A stretch of 62,914 bases of DNA, filler included, from Stramenopiles sp. TOSAG23-3 (GCA_900128585.1; 19 parts of 19 records of this genome joined end to end with filler, not necessarily neighbours in it), one strand, 5' to 3'. Counted from the whole stretch's first letter, positions 1-11,980 are shown. The notes: generated by a model from the letters alone, not told the origin. Made by a program: numbers and translations.

Positions 1-287
1 TCTTCTCATTGGAATATAAATAATTCCTCAGTGATTGACAATCAACGAAACGAAATTAAAAAATCAAATTAAAACATCAAGATGGGATTAGGGTTGGAAC
101 TGAAATAGTAAAATTGATTTAAAATGAGAGTCGGTCTAAAAAGCATATGATACTGTAAAAAAAAAAATTATATAAATATATATGTTTTTCTTGACGTGCA
201 TTGAGATAAGATACTATAACGTTTTAAGAATTCTTATGCATTTAAAAAAACGGAACCTCGACGGAGTGACAAGTCTGGTTAAGACTA

Positions 288-1944
288 TTACCTTACAGCA
301 ACCTGGTCGTCGATTTTTAGAAGCATTTGCACAGTCTCAGTGGCTAATGTAAGTGCAGAAATAGTGATCAGCAAAGGTTGCCATACGCTCTCTTCGCGAA
401 TATCAGTAATACATCCCTTGCGCACATTTATGCCCACATAAGATTCCCCTTGAGCATGCCGACGTCGCAATTCCGTAACTACAGAAATTGGATTGAGTCC
501 CGCATTTTCTGCGAGAGTGTACGGGATAACCTCCATTGCGCTTGCGTAAGCTCTCGCACAGTAAGACTCTTGACCAGATAGAGTCTGGGACCATCGAACA
601 AGTCCATGAGCGACTTCCACCTCTGGTGCACCACCGCCGGCAATCATAAATCGTTTCTTTACTAATGAGCGTACAACACACAATGCATCATGAAGAGACC
701 TATCTGCCTCATCCAATACGACTTTGTTACTGCCACGAACCAAAATTGAGCATGTTTTACCTTGCCCCTCGATCCCCGTAATCTTTACCACACGCCCTTT
801 GCCTCCAATCGTAGCTTCCTCTACCCTTGCAGCGCTGCCTAACATTTCAGGTTTCATTTGGTCAATGTGAGCGATTGGTTTGCACCCTACAGATTTGCAA
901 ACAAATTCAACATCTTCTCTTTCAATATTTGTCACAACGGCAATCCCGAGTTTTGCCAAAAAATGAAGAGACAAATCGTTAACAGCATCCCTCAAAATAC
1001 TCTTTTGAACTAGCAATACCGTGCAGCCACTTCTTTGAATTGCTTTGCATAGTTTCAGAATATATTTCCTTTCTTGCCTCAGAATTTTGTCCATTTGGCT
1101 ATACTCGCTAACCACAACCTGATTGTCAATGTCAGTTTTCGGCGCAGAAAGGCAAAACTGGATGAGACCAATTCGGGCATTCTCAATGACAGCAGAACCA
1201 TTCGCGGCTTTGTTAAGGCCTTTGCCGAATACAATACCATCAACCAATTCCGTATCATCCATTGTCCCACCCACACGAGTTACAATTCTTATGTCATTTA
1301 AGTCAACATTCACAGCCGTATCCACGTCTATAACTTTCAACACAGAATCAACAGCAATAGGTGCAAATGTTTCTGCATATTGAGATATCACTTTTGATGA
1401 GAGAGAAGTTCTAGCAGTTTGTATAAGCTTTTCGCGATCAGAAAGTTTAATCGGAGTTGCCACTTTTTCCAACAACTCTTCTGCTTTAATCACAGCAGAC
1501 CCCCAGGCTTTCGAAATGACCGACGGATGGATACCTTTTGAAAGAAGCTTTTGGGCCTCCTGAAGCATGGAACCGCAGAGTACTACTACACTTGTGGTGC
1601 CATCGCCCGCTTCAACATCTTGTGCGGACGAGATACCAACGAGCATCTTGGCGGCAGGATGAAATACGTTCATTTTGTTGAGTATTGTAGCACCATCGTT
1701 CGTTACCAAAACAGTCCCGTCTGGGCTTTGAATCATTTTGTCCATTCCGCGGGGACCTAAAGAAGTTCGTACGGCGTCCGCGATTGCTGTAGGTGCATTG
1801 AAATATATATAGCGTGGTTAGAAAAAAATCAACAGAAGTGGCACGAGCAAGGGAGAGTTACTTACCTTTGGCAGCAATTATGTTGGATGTTCGGACATCC
1901 TTTTCTTTAGCGGAAACCTTGAACGATTCGCCTGTATTCGACAT
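288..1944 (-). CDS. CCT4: T-complex protein 1 subunit delta (CCT4); exons 1944-1866 and 1786-288, 79-nt GT-AG intron 1865-1787
   Basis: Spliced N-terminus [53 protein letters not shown] and GDGTTSV motifs; delta-like [14 protein letters not shown] and [12 protein letters not shown]; intron GTAAGT...CTACAG restores the frame. Confidence 0.95.
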
Positions 1945-2003
1945 GGATATAGAGTTCTAAAATCTATAAAAACTATTTGCTTTGGTTGATAGACGTATTA
2001 AAT

Positions 2004-2097
2004 GGATTTCGGTTCAGATGGGGCGAAGATTACTCGGTTTCGATTCAGATGGAGTGAAGATTATTCGGTTTCGATTCAGGTAAGGTGAAGATTACTC
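2004..2097. repeat. Three imperfect tandem copies of a 31-bp unit upstream of CCT4
   Basis: GGTTTCGATTCAGATGGAGTGAAGATTA(C/T)TC-like units at about 2004, 2036 and 2067. Confidence 0.9.
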
Positions 2098-2663
2098 GGC
2101 CTACTGCACTTCCCTGACGACAATTCCCTGTATTAGTTTCACATTGCTCACCACCCTTGGAGTGTAAACGATGGGACTCGAAGCTTGTCAGCCAGCCATC
2201 ACGTCCAATTTGCTAGTAATAAAAGCATTAGAAGAAAAGATGTAATTTTTTGTTGATTTCAATTTTGTCTAAAGTATATATGAACAGCATTGAAATGGTA
2301 CATTTCATGACATTTTGAATTGTTCTATATTTGACCTCACAGGTTAATAGCATTACTGTAGAACAAATAAATGAATGGCCCGGCTCGAAGTTATAAATAT
2401 AAACCGCATTGAAATTAGTGTAATAATAGTACAGCCAGAACCCAGAAACAGCGCAGAAAATATTTCAATTCAAGAGCTTCATATCCTTTTTTTGAATCCT
2501 TCTATCTTCGAAAACTACTATCTTGTACTACTAAATATAAAATGGAACAGTGCGTCAGTCGTCTCCACTTGTATCAATTCGTCAAAATTTGTCGTCGATT
2601 TTCAATTTTAGAATTATTCTAGACAGCTACAAATTCGAAATTACAATCAGCTATTTAGTTTTT

Positions 2664-2735
2664 ACGCCTATGGTATTTCTATATATTAATTGTGACAAAA
2701 CGCCTCTGGTATTTCTATATATTATTTGTGACAAA
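2664..2735. repeat. Tandem duplication of a 36-bp unit
   Basis: ACGCCT(A/C)TGGTATTTCTATATATTA(A/T)TTGTGACAAA occurs twice. Confidence 0.9.
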
Positions 2736-3228
2736 ACTTGTCATACTACTTCAAGTCTAAATTTCATTTTTTCCTATATGAGCAAAATTTGAATTAAGTG
2801 TACAGAACACTGCGAAGTGTAGTGTACACACTCGACTAATAAAAGATTATAAATAATTTACAGTCAATCATACTGTATAGCATTAATGATGTACATACTG
2901 TGAAAACACTTAACTTTTATATTTATGTGATAGATTCAGTTTATTCCAATTATTCTGTGTGCATAAAATTAATTCATCGACTGAAGGTTAGAATTTCTTA
3001 CTTTTGATTCCCTGCCCTCGAGGCCACACGGTTTCTCGGCCGAGACAATAATTGAAACCATTCTTTAGCACGATATAACAAATAGAGTTGAGAACACGTT
3101 AGTTAAGTAAAAGAATTTAATTAGAGGTACCTCCGGCCTCCGGCACGGCACCCTGCTGATTTAAGGGGTCTGGCAGTCGTTTAAAGCATGAAGTGTTTGT
3201 GGTTTTAAGGACCATGCCGCGTTCGTGT

Positions 3229-3328
3229 NNNNNNNNNNNNNNNNNNNNNNNNNNNNNNNNNNNNNNNNNNNNTTAATTAATTAANNNNNNNNNNNNNNNN
3301 NNNNNNNNNNNNNNNNNNNNNNNNNNNN
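3229..3328. other. Artificial contig spacer (first of 18; the others start at 6555, 9881, 13206, 16530, 19852, 23173, 26490, 29806, 33121, 36435, 39748, 43061, 46373, 49684, 52994, 56304, 59610)
   Basis: Identical 44 N + TTAATTAATTAA (stops in all six frames) + 44 N every ~3.3 kb; the intervening contigs are in non-increasing length order. Confidence 0.99.
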
Positions 3329-3426
3329 AAAGATACGTTAAGTTATTTTTTAGAGGACAAATACAGGAATTCAAGTTTCTAAGAGAACAAAATTTGTTTA
3401 CCACGGTTAATTTTCCAGAGTTCAAA

Positions 3427-4311
3427 ATGAAACGTGCAATACTGTTGACAGCGGCCGCCCTGGCTCTTGCTGGGAACGCCAGTGCGGAACGGTGCGAACG
3501 CAACGAAAAGACGCGTGGGATTGCCACCATGCTTGCGCAGGGTGCATCCGATGCTCGCACGCTTCAATCCAAGTTGCCTAAAGAGTGGGCTTGTGAATGT
3601 CATGAGCACGAAATTAAGGCGTACTGCAACGTTGGTGCTCCTGAACAAGGTGCGTTCTTATGTTGTATCCCCAAAGGTCTGAGCTGCAAGACAAAACCAA
3701 GTGAAACCGCTAAATTGCCTGCAGAGAAACACATGAAGAAAAACCATTGGAAAATGTGCGCCACGGACCACTCGTTCTGCCAAGGCGAACAGCTCATCCT
3801 TCCTTCCGCCGATCTGAAGAAATTTCCGGACGGGTTAGACCCTGTTTGTGGAAAAGAAGGGACCAAAGCTTTCGAGGTTGCCAAGAAGTTAGGTATGCCT
3901 TTAAGGCCTTGCGGTGGAGCCTTCTTTGACCGTTGCGAATGTCCAAAGGGAGAGAAAAAGATCATGCGCGACTATATTGAATTCAAAGGAGTTGCATACT
4001 CGCAGCCCGACTGTGTTCCAGAAGGTTCTGGTGATGGAGACGACTTGGAACAAGAAGCAAAACGTGAACTTGATGATGAGCGAAATGAACAGGGCCAAGA
4101 GGACGACGAAGAAGAAAAAGAAGAAGAAGAAGAAGAAGACCAGGTGATGGCGTCGTCGAAATCGAGTTTGCGATCAAACAAAAATAAGAGGAAAACAGAA
4201 AAGGCGTTTTTCGATAACCAAGATAAATTGGATTCGGACGAGAAGAAGAAGAGCGAGGACGAGTTCTTTGGAAGTGCAAAAGAGAAGGAGGACGAATTCT
4301 TCAAACTTTAA
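3427..4311 (+). CDS. Secreted cysteine-rich protein with acidic C-terminal region, family unknown
   Basis: Signal peptide MKRAILLTAAALALAGNASA, 14 Cys in the N-terminal two-thirds, then a D/E-rich tail. Confidence 0.8.
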   Translation: MKRAILLTAAALALAGNASAERCERNEKTRGIATMLAQGASDARTLQSKLPKEWACECHEHEIKAYCNVGAPEQGAFLCCIPKGLSCKTKPSETAKLPAEKHMKKNHWKMCATDHSFCQGEQLILPSADLKKFPDGLDPVCGKEGTKAFEVAKKLGMPLRPCGGAFFDRCECPKGEKKIMRDYIEFKGVAYSQPDCVPEGSGDGDDLEQEAKRELDDERNEQGQEDDEEEKEEEEEEDQVMASSKSSLRSNKNKRKTEKAFFDNQDKLDSDEKKKSEDEFFGSAKEKEDEFFKL

Positions 4312-4645
4312 ACGTTCTCGTGGCTCCAGCGAGACGGTCAAAGCGCTGACTCGCTTAGGCTTTTAAGCAATGAAAATAAAAATATTTAAAATATTGAGTC
4401 TTTTAAAACATACTAAGATCATATATAATTTGTTTTTCTTTTAAGATTTTTAATAAACTTTGTGAAAGTAAACTGGTTTATCCTCTTTGGTTCGAGTAAA
4501 TGCGTGCTGTTGAATTTTTAAAATATTATTTTTCAAGAAATTTCTTAAATTTTACTTCGTAATTCTTTCTTCGGTTTAAGAGCCAATTAAACGTTTAACG
4601 CTAAACTCGCGCTTTTACAGAATACGACTGGATCGCCACACCTCA

Positions 4646-6202
4646 CTACGTCTCTACTTTCACGTCTGCCACGGTTGCATGCTCGTCATGAAAGACCTTA
4701 ATTTTTTCGTGGTGCACATCATCCAGCAGGTTGCAAAATTGTTGAAATGATACCTCTGCATCATCGCCATCATTTAGGCTCTCGTATCTGGATTTTGCCG
4801 CTGCCACAAATGCCTTTGGGTCAATTATGGGCGCTTTCGCAAACACGCTGGAAATCTTAGAAAGAGCAATTAAGCCGGCCTTTTTCGCATCCACGGCCTG
4901 AAAGGATTCCCGGAGAATCCGCTTGTTGTGCAGCATGCAATGGTCCATGGCCCCAGCAAGAAAGCTGGTGTAAGCAATGCCGCTCTCGGCTTCCATATCG
5001 ACAACCATTTTTGAGAAAAGTTTTTGTAAACTCTTCTTTGAACTTGTAGATTCAATGGCATTCTTCGCTTCCTCCCAAGAGATAAAACCGTTCCGCTGAT
5101 TATCAACACTTACAAAGGCCTGTCTCAACTCCAAAATATCGTTCGGGAGAAGATTTTCTGCTATATGGCCCATGGCCGCTTTTCGCTTGCCTTCCTCTTT
5201 GCTAAAGCTTGTCAGGCGTCCGAGCATCTGCGGGTCGAAGCTGGTGGTAGAAGCTCGGTTCACACTGCTTTTTAGCCAACGGTGGATGAGGGCCTGTTTT
5301 GCATTGAAACGAGTCTCTGGATCGGGGTCCAACAGGTTGTTCAGGAAGTCCTTGCACTCGTCGCTAACTTCCGACACCCAAAACGGTTCCAGAAAATGCG
5401 CCTTGTAGCTCCGTTCAAGTTTGTCGCTAAGGGGGACACAATCTTGGGCACGGCGCTTGAAGGGCATTTTGCCCGAAATCAACGAATACGCGATCACCCC
5501 TATGCTCCACAAATCCACTTTGTCGTCGTATTTTTCCAGCTCGCCATAGTACGCCCTTTGAATCTCAGGGGCAAGAAAACCGGGGGTCCCCAGAAAAGTC
5601 TTCATTTCACTCACCATGGCATGTTCCTTATAATGCTTCTTTGACAGCCCGAAATCGATTAATTTCAGCAGCGGGTTCTTTTCGTTGCCCCCCCTTGCAA
5701 ACAACCAGTTGTCCATCTTCAAATCTCGGTGGCATATCCCCTTAGCATGAACATACCCCACAGCGCTTATCATTTGCCGAACAAGACTGCGAACCTCGGC
5801 TTCGGTGTACCTGTGGTTCTTCTTGCTCAGCAAACGATCCAGCAAATCACCGCCCGGGCAAAGCTCCAGTACCATGTAGACCATTTTTGAATCTTCGTAC
5901 GCGGCCTTTAACTTGACAACATTCCTGTGCCTCAATGTGGACAAGAACTTGATTTCCATCCGCAGAGCCTTCATGTCCTTCACCACGTGCTTGGAAACCC
6001 GCTTCACGGCGACGGCCTCACCAGTTTCTAAATGAACGGCCTTTGTAACTTGCCCCGTCATCCCTTCGCCCAAGACTTCCTCATCGCCTAGGTCCAAATA
6101 CTTTGAAATGTGCTCGCCTTTCTGCAGAATGTAGGTTCTGCTGGGCTCCCCATCATCTAGAACTTCCGCCGCCCCCGCTTCCGTCGACAAGCATTTCCCC
6201 AT
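4646..6202 (-). CDS. Calcium-dependent protein kinase (CDPK)-like with degenerate EF-hands
   Basis: MGKC acylation-type start; LGEGMTG, VAVK, HRDLK, DFG, APE; junction region followed by EF-hand-like DNQRNGFISWEE. Confidence 0.9.
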   Translation of the reverse strand: MGKCLSTEAGAAEVLDDGEPSRTYILQKGEHISKYLDLGDEEVLGEGMTGQVTKAVHLETGEAVAVKRVSKHVVKDMKALRMEIKFLSTLRHRNVVKLKAAYEDSKMVYMVLELCPGGDLLDRLLSKKNHRYTEAEVRSLVRQMISAVGYVHAKGICHRDLKMDNWLFARGGNEKNPLLKLIDFGLSKKHYKEHAMVSEMKTFLGTPGFLAPEIQRAYYGELEKYDDKVDLWSIGVIAYSLISGKMPFKRRAQDCVPLSDKLERSYKAHFLEPFWVSEVSDECKDFLNNLLDPDPETRFNAKQALIHRWLKSSVNRASTTSFDPQMLGRLTSFSKEEGKRKAAMGHIAENLLPNDILELRQAFVSVDNQRNGFISWEEAKNAIESTSSKKSLQKLFSKMVVDMEAESGIAYTSFLAGAMDHCMLHNKRILRESFQAVDAKKAGLIALSKISSVFAKAPIIDPKAFVAAAKSRYESLNDGDDAEVSFQQFCNLLDDVHHEKIKVFHDEHATVADVKVET

Positions 6203-6654
6203 ACTGCTGTTATTGATGATGGTCTGTCTTCCGAACGGCTGCTTTACAAAAAGTCCCTACGGTTATTTGCAATAATCTTCTCCTTCTTATGTGTGTGTGT
6301 GCGCGCGCGCGTGTGTGCTCCCTTTTCCCTGTGCAATTTCACTCAACTAAACCAGTATAGTTATGGATGTTGTATAAAATAATTGACCTGCACAAGTATC
6401 ACTCAGCACTTTCCTCTTTTTCTGCAATGCATGGAAGATCGACCACCTGATGGAGGAGCATTTTTTTAAATATTATTTCTGAGGAGGTGCTGAGGAGAGA
6501 GGAGGGAGGTGACGAGGTGACGATTCATCATCAAAATCCGAAATAGTCACATCTNNNNNNNNNNNNNNNNNNNNNNNNNNNNNNNNNNNNNNNNNNNNTT
6601 AATTAATTAANNNNNNNNNNNNNNNNNNNNNNNNNNNNNNNNNNNNNNNNNNNN

Positions 6655-7366
6655 CCAGAATGGGAAGAACGGCCATCAAAACGAGCGCCATTTCCCAGGA
6701 AGTTACCATGGCAATGATCAGCCCAGCGAAAAACTGGCACACCGAGGCGATGAAAGTACCCAGCTGCTGCCCGCTTGCAACCTTCAATGCATTCGTATGC
6801 TGCCCCATCGAAGTGGGCACCCCATATATATCGAGCCCGTCATAATGCCGCATGTCCAAAAAAAGAACGTTGCGCAAATACGATTCTCGAAATGCAAAGA
6901 CTTGTCTGTCCGCCCCAATGTTGAAGCAAATGTTATTTACAAACCCACTGAAGAACATACCAACTGAGATGAAAAGGAAGAGGGTCAAAGTGCTACTGTC
7001 GCCGGTCGATGCGGCATTCGGTTCAGCAACGGTGGAGGTACTGTTCGAATCCACAACAGTGCCATGCCTACTGCCAGCTGTTTCGGAGAGTATTGCCCCG
7101 AGAAATATTGATAAACACGGCATGCAAACCCCTTGAAAAATTGCCGCTACTGTCCCTGCCACGTACAGCAGCGTGACGTCCCATGTTGTACAGAAATGAA
7201 ATAGGTGTTTTGGCCCAAAGGTTACCGCAGAGTTCGGTGGAGGGGTGGATGGAGTGACTTCTGCCATAGTATCTTTGGCAAAGCCAGCACACACAGTGGG
7301 TCTTACAAAGAATAAAACCAACAATATAATAGTAAAGATGTTTATAAAGAACTCGGGCGGGACCAT
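6655..7366 (-). CDS. ABCB/MDR-type ABC transporter, N-terminal transmembrane fragment (truncated by contig end; start may be 7267)
   Basis: LFHFCTTWDVTLLYVAGTVAAIFQGVCMP, GADRQVFAFRESYLRNVL, FFAGLIIAMVTSWEMALV match P-glycoprotein TMD1. Confidence 0.88.
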
Positions 7367-8034
7367 TCATTGTCTTCAATTGTTTGTTTCGGGTATTACT
7401 TTTTTTGTATTAGTCTATTTTTTAAAACAAAATATTATTATCTTCTATCTATCTTCTTTTTTCTTCTTTTTTTTTCTTCTACTATTTTTTTTTATTTTAT
7501 TATTTAGACTAATAATTTTTTTATTTAATAATAATAATATTTATTATTAGTATTTATATATTATAGTCTATACAGTACGTGTATTACTATAATAGTTTTT
7601 ATATTTATTTATACCTGGTATTAATACCCGTTCCCCCCGAAGTACCGGTATCTTCTGATTATTATACTGAAACAAAAAATTGCCATAATTTAGTTGCTAT
7701 TCTTATATAACAAGTAATAAAACGCACACGTTTTCGTTTGCAAAATCATTATTGGCTGTTATTTTATTTATTTCAAAAAAAGTTTAAATTACCTATCATT
7801 TTGTACTATGGCACTACATATACTATTGACGGCGTAATTTCACAATCCGCATTAGAGATAAACACTGTACTACAGGCCACTCTTCTGATTGGTTTATGTA
7901 TATAACACGGTAGGCAACAATGCCTCACTTGTTTTTTAAAACAAAATATATAGTCCTATACAAATTATGCCTTACTTTTTTAGTTCTTAAGAATTGGTTT
8001 TAGTGCTTTCTCAACCGATGCGTGTTGCACACAA

Positions 8035-9512
8035 TTAAGGTTCATTCAGCCAATCGGCCACTTGCTTTCGGATTGCCAGCCGTGCTTGGACAATCGGTTT
8101 CTCATCGGTGGGCTGTGTTTTGTGTGTCCAAAAATGGTGGGACGCGCCTGGGACGTAGAGCGTCGGCTGGTTGGCCGGATCCGGGCTTTTCAGAATACTA
8201 AGTGTACTCCAAGGGTCGACTTGACCATTTGGCCACATTACTCTGGTGCCCACAGGTTTGAGCCCGCCATAGTATGCGTCCGTGTTGTTAACATTCTGCG
8301 CTACTATGGACGGGTCGATTTTAAAGTCAGAGGAACAGAATGCCATTTCATCGGCCAAGCTATCGAGGCCTTGAGTGTACATGCACTGGCTACCAACATT
8401 GCAGGTTTGGTAAAAACCCATTTCGTTGCACGTCTGCCACCCCCAGTAGTCCGGCGGGGAACCATCTTCCACGTTCGCATTGTAACTTGCGCCACGCTGG
8501 CCTTTGGCGACAACGGCCAATTGTTTCACAGGATCAGACCCTTTGATCAACATGATCTCACAAATGGATTTTATGTTACAGGATGGCTGGGTGCATGCTG
8601 GGTCGTTGCTCTGGGCTGGGAAGTACGCTACACCTTCCCCCGCGAAGGCGCGTTGGTTGGCTTTCGTTTTCAACCAGTCTGCGCTGGGAATGGATGGAAA
8701 CAGGGACGCCAGTTCGGCTCTGCCTTCGTCTGTGTTCATCAGATTCCCAATTGCAACGTGCCCGTTTGCGATGGCATCGGCGCATTCTTGGGACCCACCA
8801 ACCGACGGCACGGTGAAAGCGTACGTAACGTGGTCGTTGTACTCTTGCATTTCCAGCTTCGTGTGCACTGGGGCGCTGCTCGCGATGGCGGCGTGGACAA
8901 GGTTGGGAAATTTAAGACGAAACCACCCTGCGAGCATGCCTGGGTAGCTCCCGCCCCAGCTGACCCATTTGTTCTGGTCGCTCAGGCCATATTTCTCCGT
9001 TGCAAATTCGTGAAACGCGGCAAGGTCGGCAAGCGCCTGCTTGGAGTTCAAGTATATCAAATCCGTCGTTGGTTCGTCCAGGGAGTCCACGGGGCAGTTC
9101 GGGTGCTCTTTGTTGGTCAGGTCGCACCCGTAGTATCGGTGCTGAACCGCCAAAAAGAGGGCGCCGACTTCCGGAAGCCAGTCAACCGCATTGCTGCTGT
9201 GGAGAACGCGGGGCCCTCGCCTCCGACGCAGAGGAACACTGGGGCGTTGGAGCCAGGTCCCTTCCAAAAGGTGTCGTTCACAAAGTATTCTTGCTCCCAC
9301 CTGTTCGCGTTCGAGCCGTCGAAATGATTCTGACGCTGCGGAAAGTAAAACGGGCCTGATGCGGAACCTTGAAGGGTCTTCGCATTCATCGGTGGGACAG
9401 GCGAGTACGCCCCCATGAGGTCGTGCTGACGCTGACGCTTCGAGCGTGAGGAAGCGAGCGCGAGGACGCACACACAAGCCAGAAATGTTAACACAACGAT
9501 GAAATTCTTCAT
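8035..9512 (-). CDS. Secreted serine peptidase family S28, frameshifted near 9200 (possible pseudogene or assembly error)
   Basis: Signal peptide MKNFIVVLTFLACVCVLALA, QNHFD and FLCVGGEGP in one frame; HRYYG, QALADLA, GGSYPG, ASSAPV, DPW and GASHH in another frame. Confidence 0.9.
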
Positions 9513-9762
9513 ACTTTTATTAAACGTTCGTATTCGGATTGGAACTGTAATAAAATGCAATGTCATGAAAATGTACTCTTCGTTCAAAACAAAACAATTC
9601 CTTTCGAAACCAACAATTCATCGCAAATGCCATTATTATCAATCGTCAAAGATATCATCTATAATAATAATAATAAAATTGTCAGGGGAGAAGAAGAGGA
9701 GGGAGGAGAGGAGAGGAGCGGAGGAGGGGAGGTCCTATTTTAAATTATTACACTTCTTAAAA

Positions 9763-9802
9763 ACCGCACTTCCTAGACTACGCGTAGTCTAGGAAGTGCG
9801 GT
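9763..9802. repeat. Perfect 40-bp palindrome with no spacer
   Basis: ACCGCACTTCCTAGACTACG followed directly by its reverse complement CGTAGTCTAGGAAGTGCGGT. Confidence 0.97.
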
Positions 9803-10050
9803 AAACTTTATACTTATAAAAGTATATAATAACAATACGACATATTGATAGGATCTATTTAAAAATCGTATTAAACATTANNNNNNNNNNNNNNNNNNNN
9901 NNNNNNNNNNNNNNNNNNNNNNNNTTAATTAATTAANNNNNNNNNNNNNNNNNNNNNNNNNNNNNNNNNNNNNNNNNNNNACAACAACAACAAAATCACA
10001 TATTAGGAAAGAAGATTTTTTTCTAGTTGGCATGGAGTCATTCTAAACCG

Positions 10051-11569
10051 ATGCTGCTGCGAGTCTCCCTTAGGCCGAACGTTCGCACGTACCGTGCCGC
10101 GTGGCGGGCGTACTCAAACCGGGCCCCCCCCAGAGCAACACAATGCGACGGTTCAGAACGCACGCCGAGGCTCCCACAAATATGTTGTGCTGCAACAGTA
10201 CCGTGAATTTATGAGAGAGTCTGATCGTTTGAAAGACGAGGACGAAGTGTTGGGCGACTATGTCCGCTGGCACGCGCGAAACGAGTTCAAGAAATACAAA
10301 ATCAAGTACACTCACGGCAAAAGGTTCAAGGGAAAGAAGCGTTTAAACATGGAAATAAAGAAAGGCAGGAGGCAGCTGCGGGCGTTGAAGGCAGCGCAGC
10401 ATGATCAGTCTGCAAAGAAAAACCTGATTAGTTTGGCATACGGAAAAACCGGACGCCTTTCAACGCTTCTGAAAATGCGTATCAAGGAGGCCCACCGACA
10501 CAAAACGACACAGTACATTAAGTACCCAGAACGCTACTATTACGGCTTGCCTGCGAGTGTAAAACCGTTCTTTAATTTTTGCGCCGAACAAAGTTTGGGA
10601 AAGGCCAGGGAGGGTGTGGCATCGGGCCCGTTGACCGCGCGGGAGCGTGCGGAGAAAGATCTCGCGTGGTTCTATGACCTGGACGTTGCGGGTTACTTTT
10701 TGAGCGGTGGCAATGGTCACAAAGCCATCGAAGGGAACCTTCCGTTGTACGCGGAGGCGTTGGGGATCCCCTATGGGGATGCAAGCGGTGTCGATTACCG
10801 CGCAGAATTTTTGAAAGATCAACGATGCCGGAGGCGGGAAACGGTGCTGGCAATGTACCGCTCTTTCCTTCGCACGTCCCACTCCCTCCACCGCAAAGAC
10901 GCCGTTGTTGGCGAGTATCTTGCCTGGCGTGCTGGGTATGAATTTCGGAACAAGGCGATGTGCGAAGACGAAGACAGGCTCCGTTCGTCGATGAAGAAAG
11001 GGAAGCAACTTCTTCGCGTCGTGCACCGATCTAGCCTTGGGGACGACAAGGCCATGGTGAAAATGCTTCGGCTGGCCTACGGAAAGACGGGGCGCGTCAT
11101 GCACTTGCTGATGGACCGTGTAGGGGAGGCGAAGGCGCGGGAAAGCTTGTTCGTGAAGAAGCCGGAAAAGTATGACGGGCTTCCACCGTCTATGAAAGTT
11201 TACTTTGATTTTTGTGCACGGCAGACGCTGGATAGCCTGAAGGGCGACGATGACGGCAACGCCAAGCCGGGCAGCACCCCGATCGACCATCTAGACGGGC
11301 CAAGCCTGGGAATGGTCGTCTTGACTCGCCCGGTCAGCAAAGTGCCAAAGCAAAGCAAACGGTTGGCAAAGAAAGAAACTCAGCGTGGCTGGTACTTTGA
11401 CCTGTACACAAAGGACTTTTTTGTAAATAACTGGACGACGTCCGGCTACCTTGAAGACAAACGGTTGTACGCAAAGGCGCTTGAGTTCAATTTGACCTCT
11501 GGGGAAAGCGACATCCCTGTAGTAAGCCAAGCCGAGCTGGACATAATATTTCGCCCGTTGGATCCTTAA
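10051..11569 (+). CDS. Protein with two tandem LYR-motif-like modules, probably mitochondrial; one-base frameshift in the C8 run at 10124-10131
   Basis: Internal duplication VLQQYREFMR..EF..LAYGKTGR / VLAMYRSFLR..EF..LAYGKTGR; the ATG at 10051 gives an Arg-rich, acid-free presequence that joins the long ORF if one C is removed. Confidence 0.7.
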
Positions 11570-11980
11570 ACGATTGCCGGGGCGTGGTCCAAGGGTGTGG
11601 ATACGTCTACGAAACGTGTTCCGTGTGCGAATATTGTATTTTTAATCGAGGGCGCGCCCGTTTGCGTTCGTTCTTCGTGCTGCTTATCAAGGTGTCAGGG
11701 CAAGAGTATTGAAAAGAACAGCTGGGGTGATTGCTCTTAGAGGATAAAGAAGCGTGAGTGCTTATTTTAAATAAAACCAAACAGCCATTTTTTGTTGTTC
11801 AATAAAACTCACCATTCTATGCGTACGTTACAGCGTTAGGTTTCTGGTTCAGAACGATAACGTTAGTGTTTAAAATTAAAATATTGCTGCCGGTGTGGTG
11901 TGGCAGGTGCGCGGCAGGATGACCCCGTTTTGCTGCTGGAGTCTCCTTCGAACGGGGCCAACGTGCTCGCTGGCTATACC

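Noticed and set aside
2004..2097. 31-bp repeats as a CRISPR array
   Set aside because: The units are directly adjacent with no unique spacers, there are no cas genes, and the context is eukaryotic.
3229..3328. Regularly spaced TTAATTAATTAA repeat as a biological or CRISPR-like array
   Set aside because: It is always embedded in 44+44 N and is a synthetic six-frame-stop linker; ORFs ending in X..LIN are artefacts of it.
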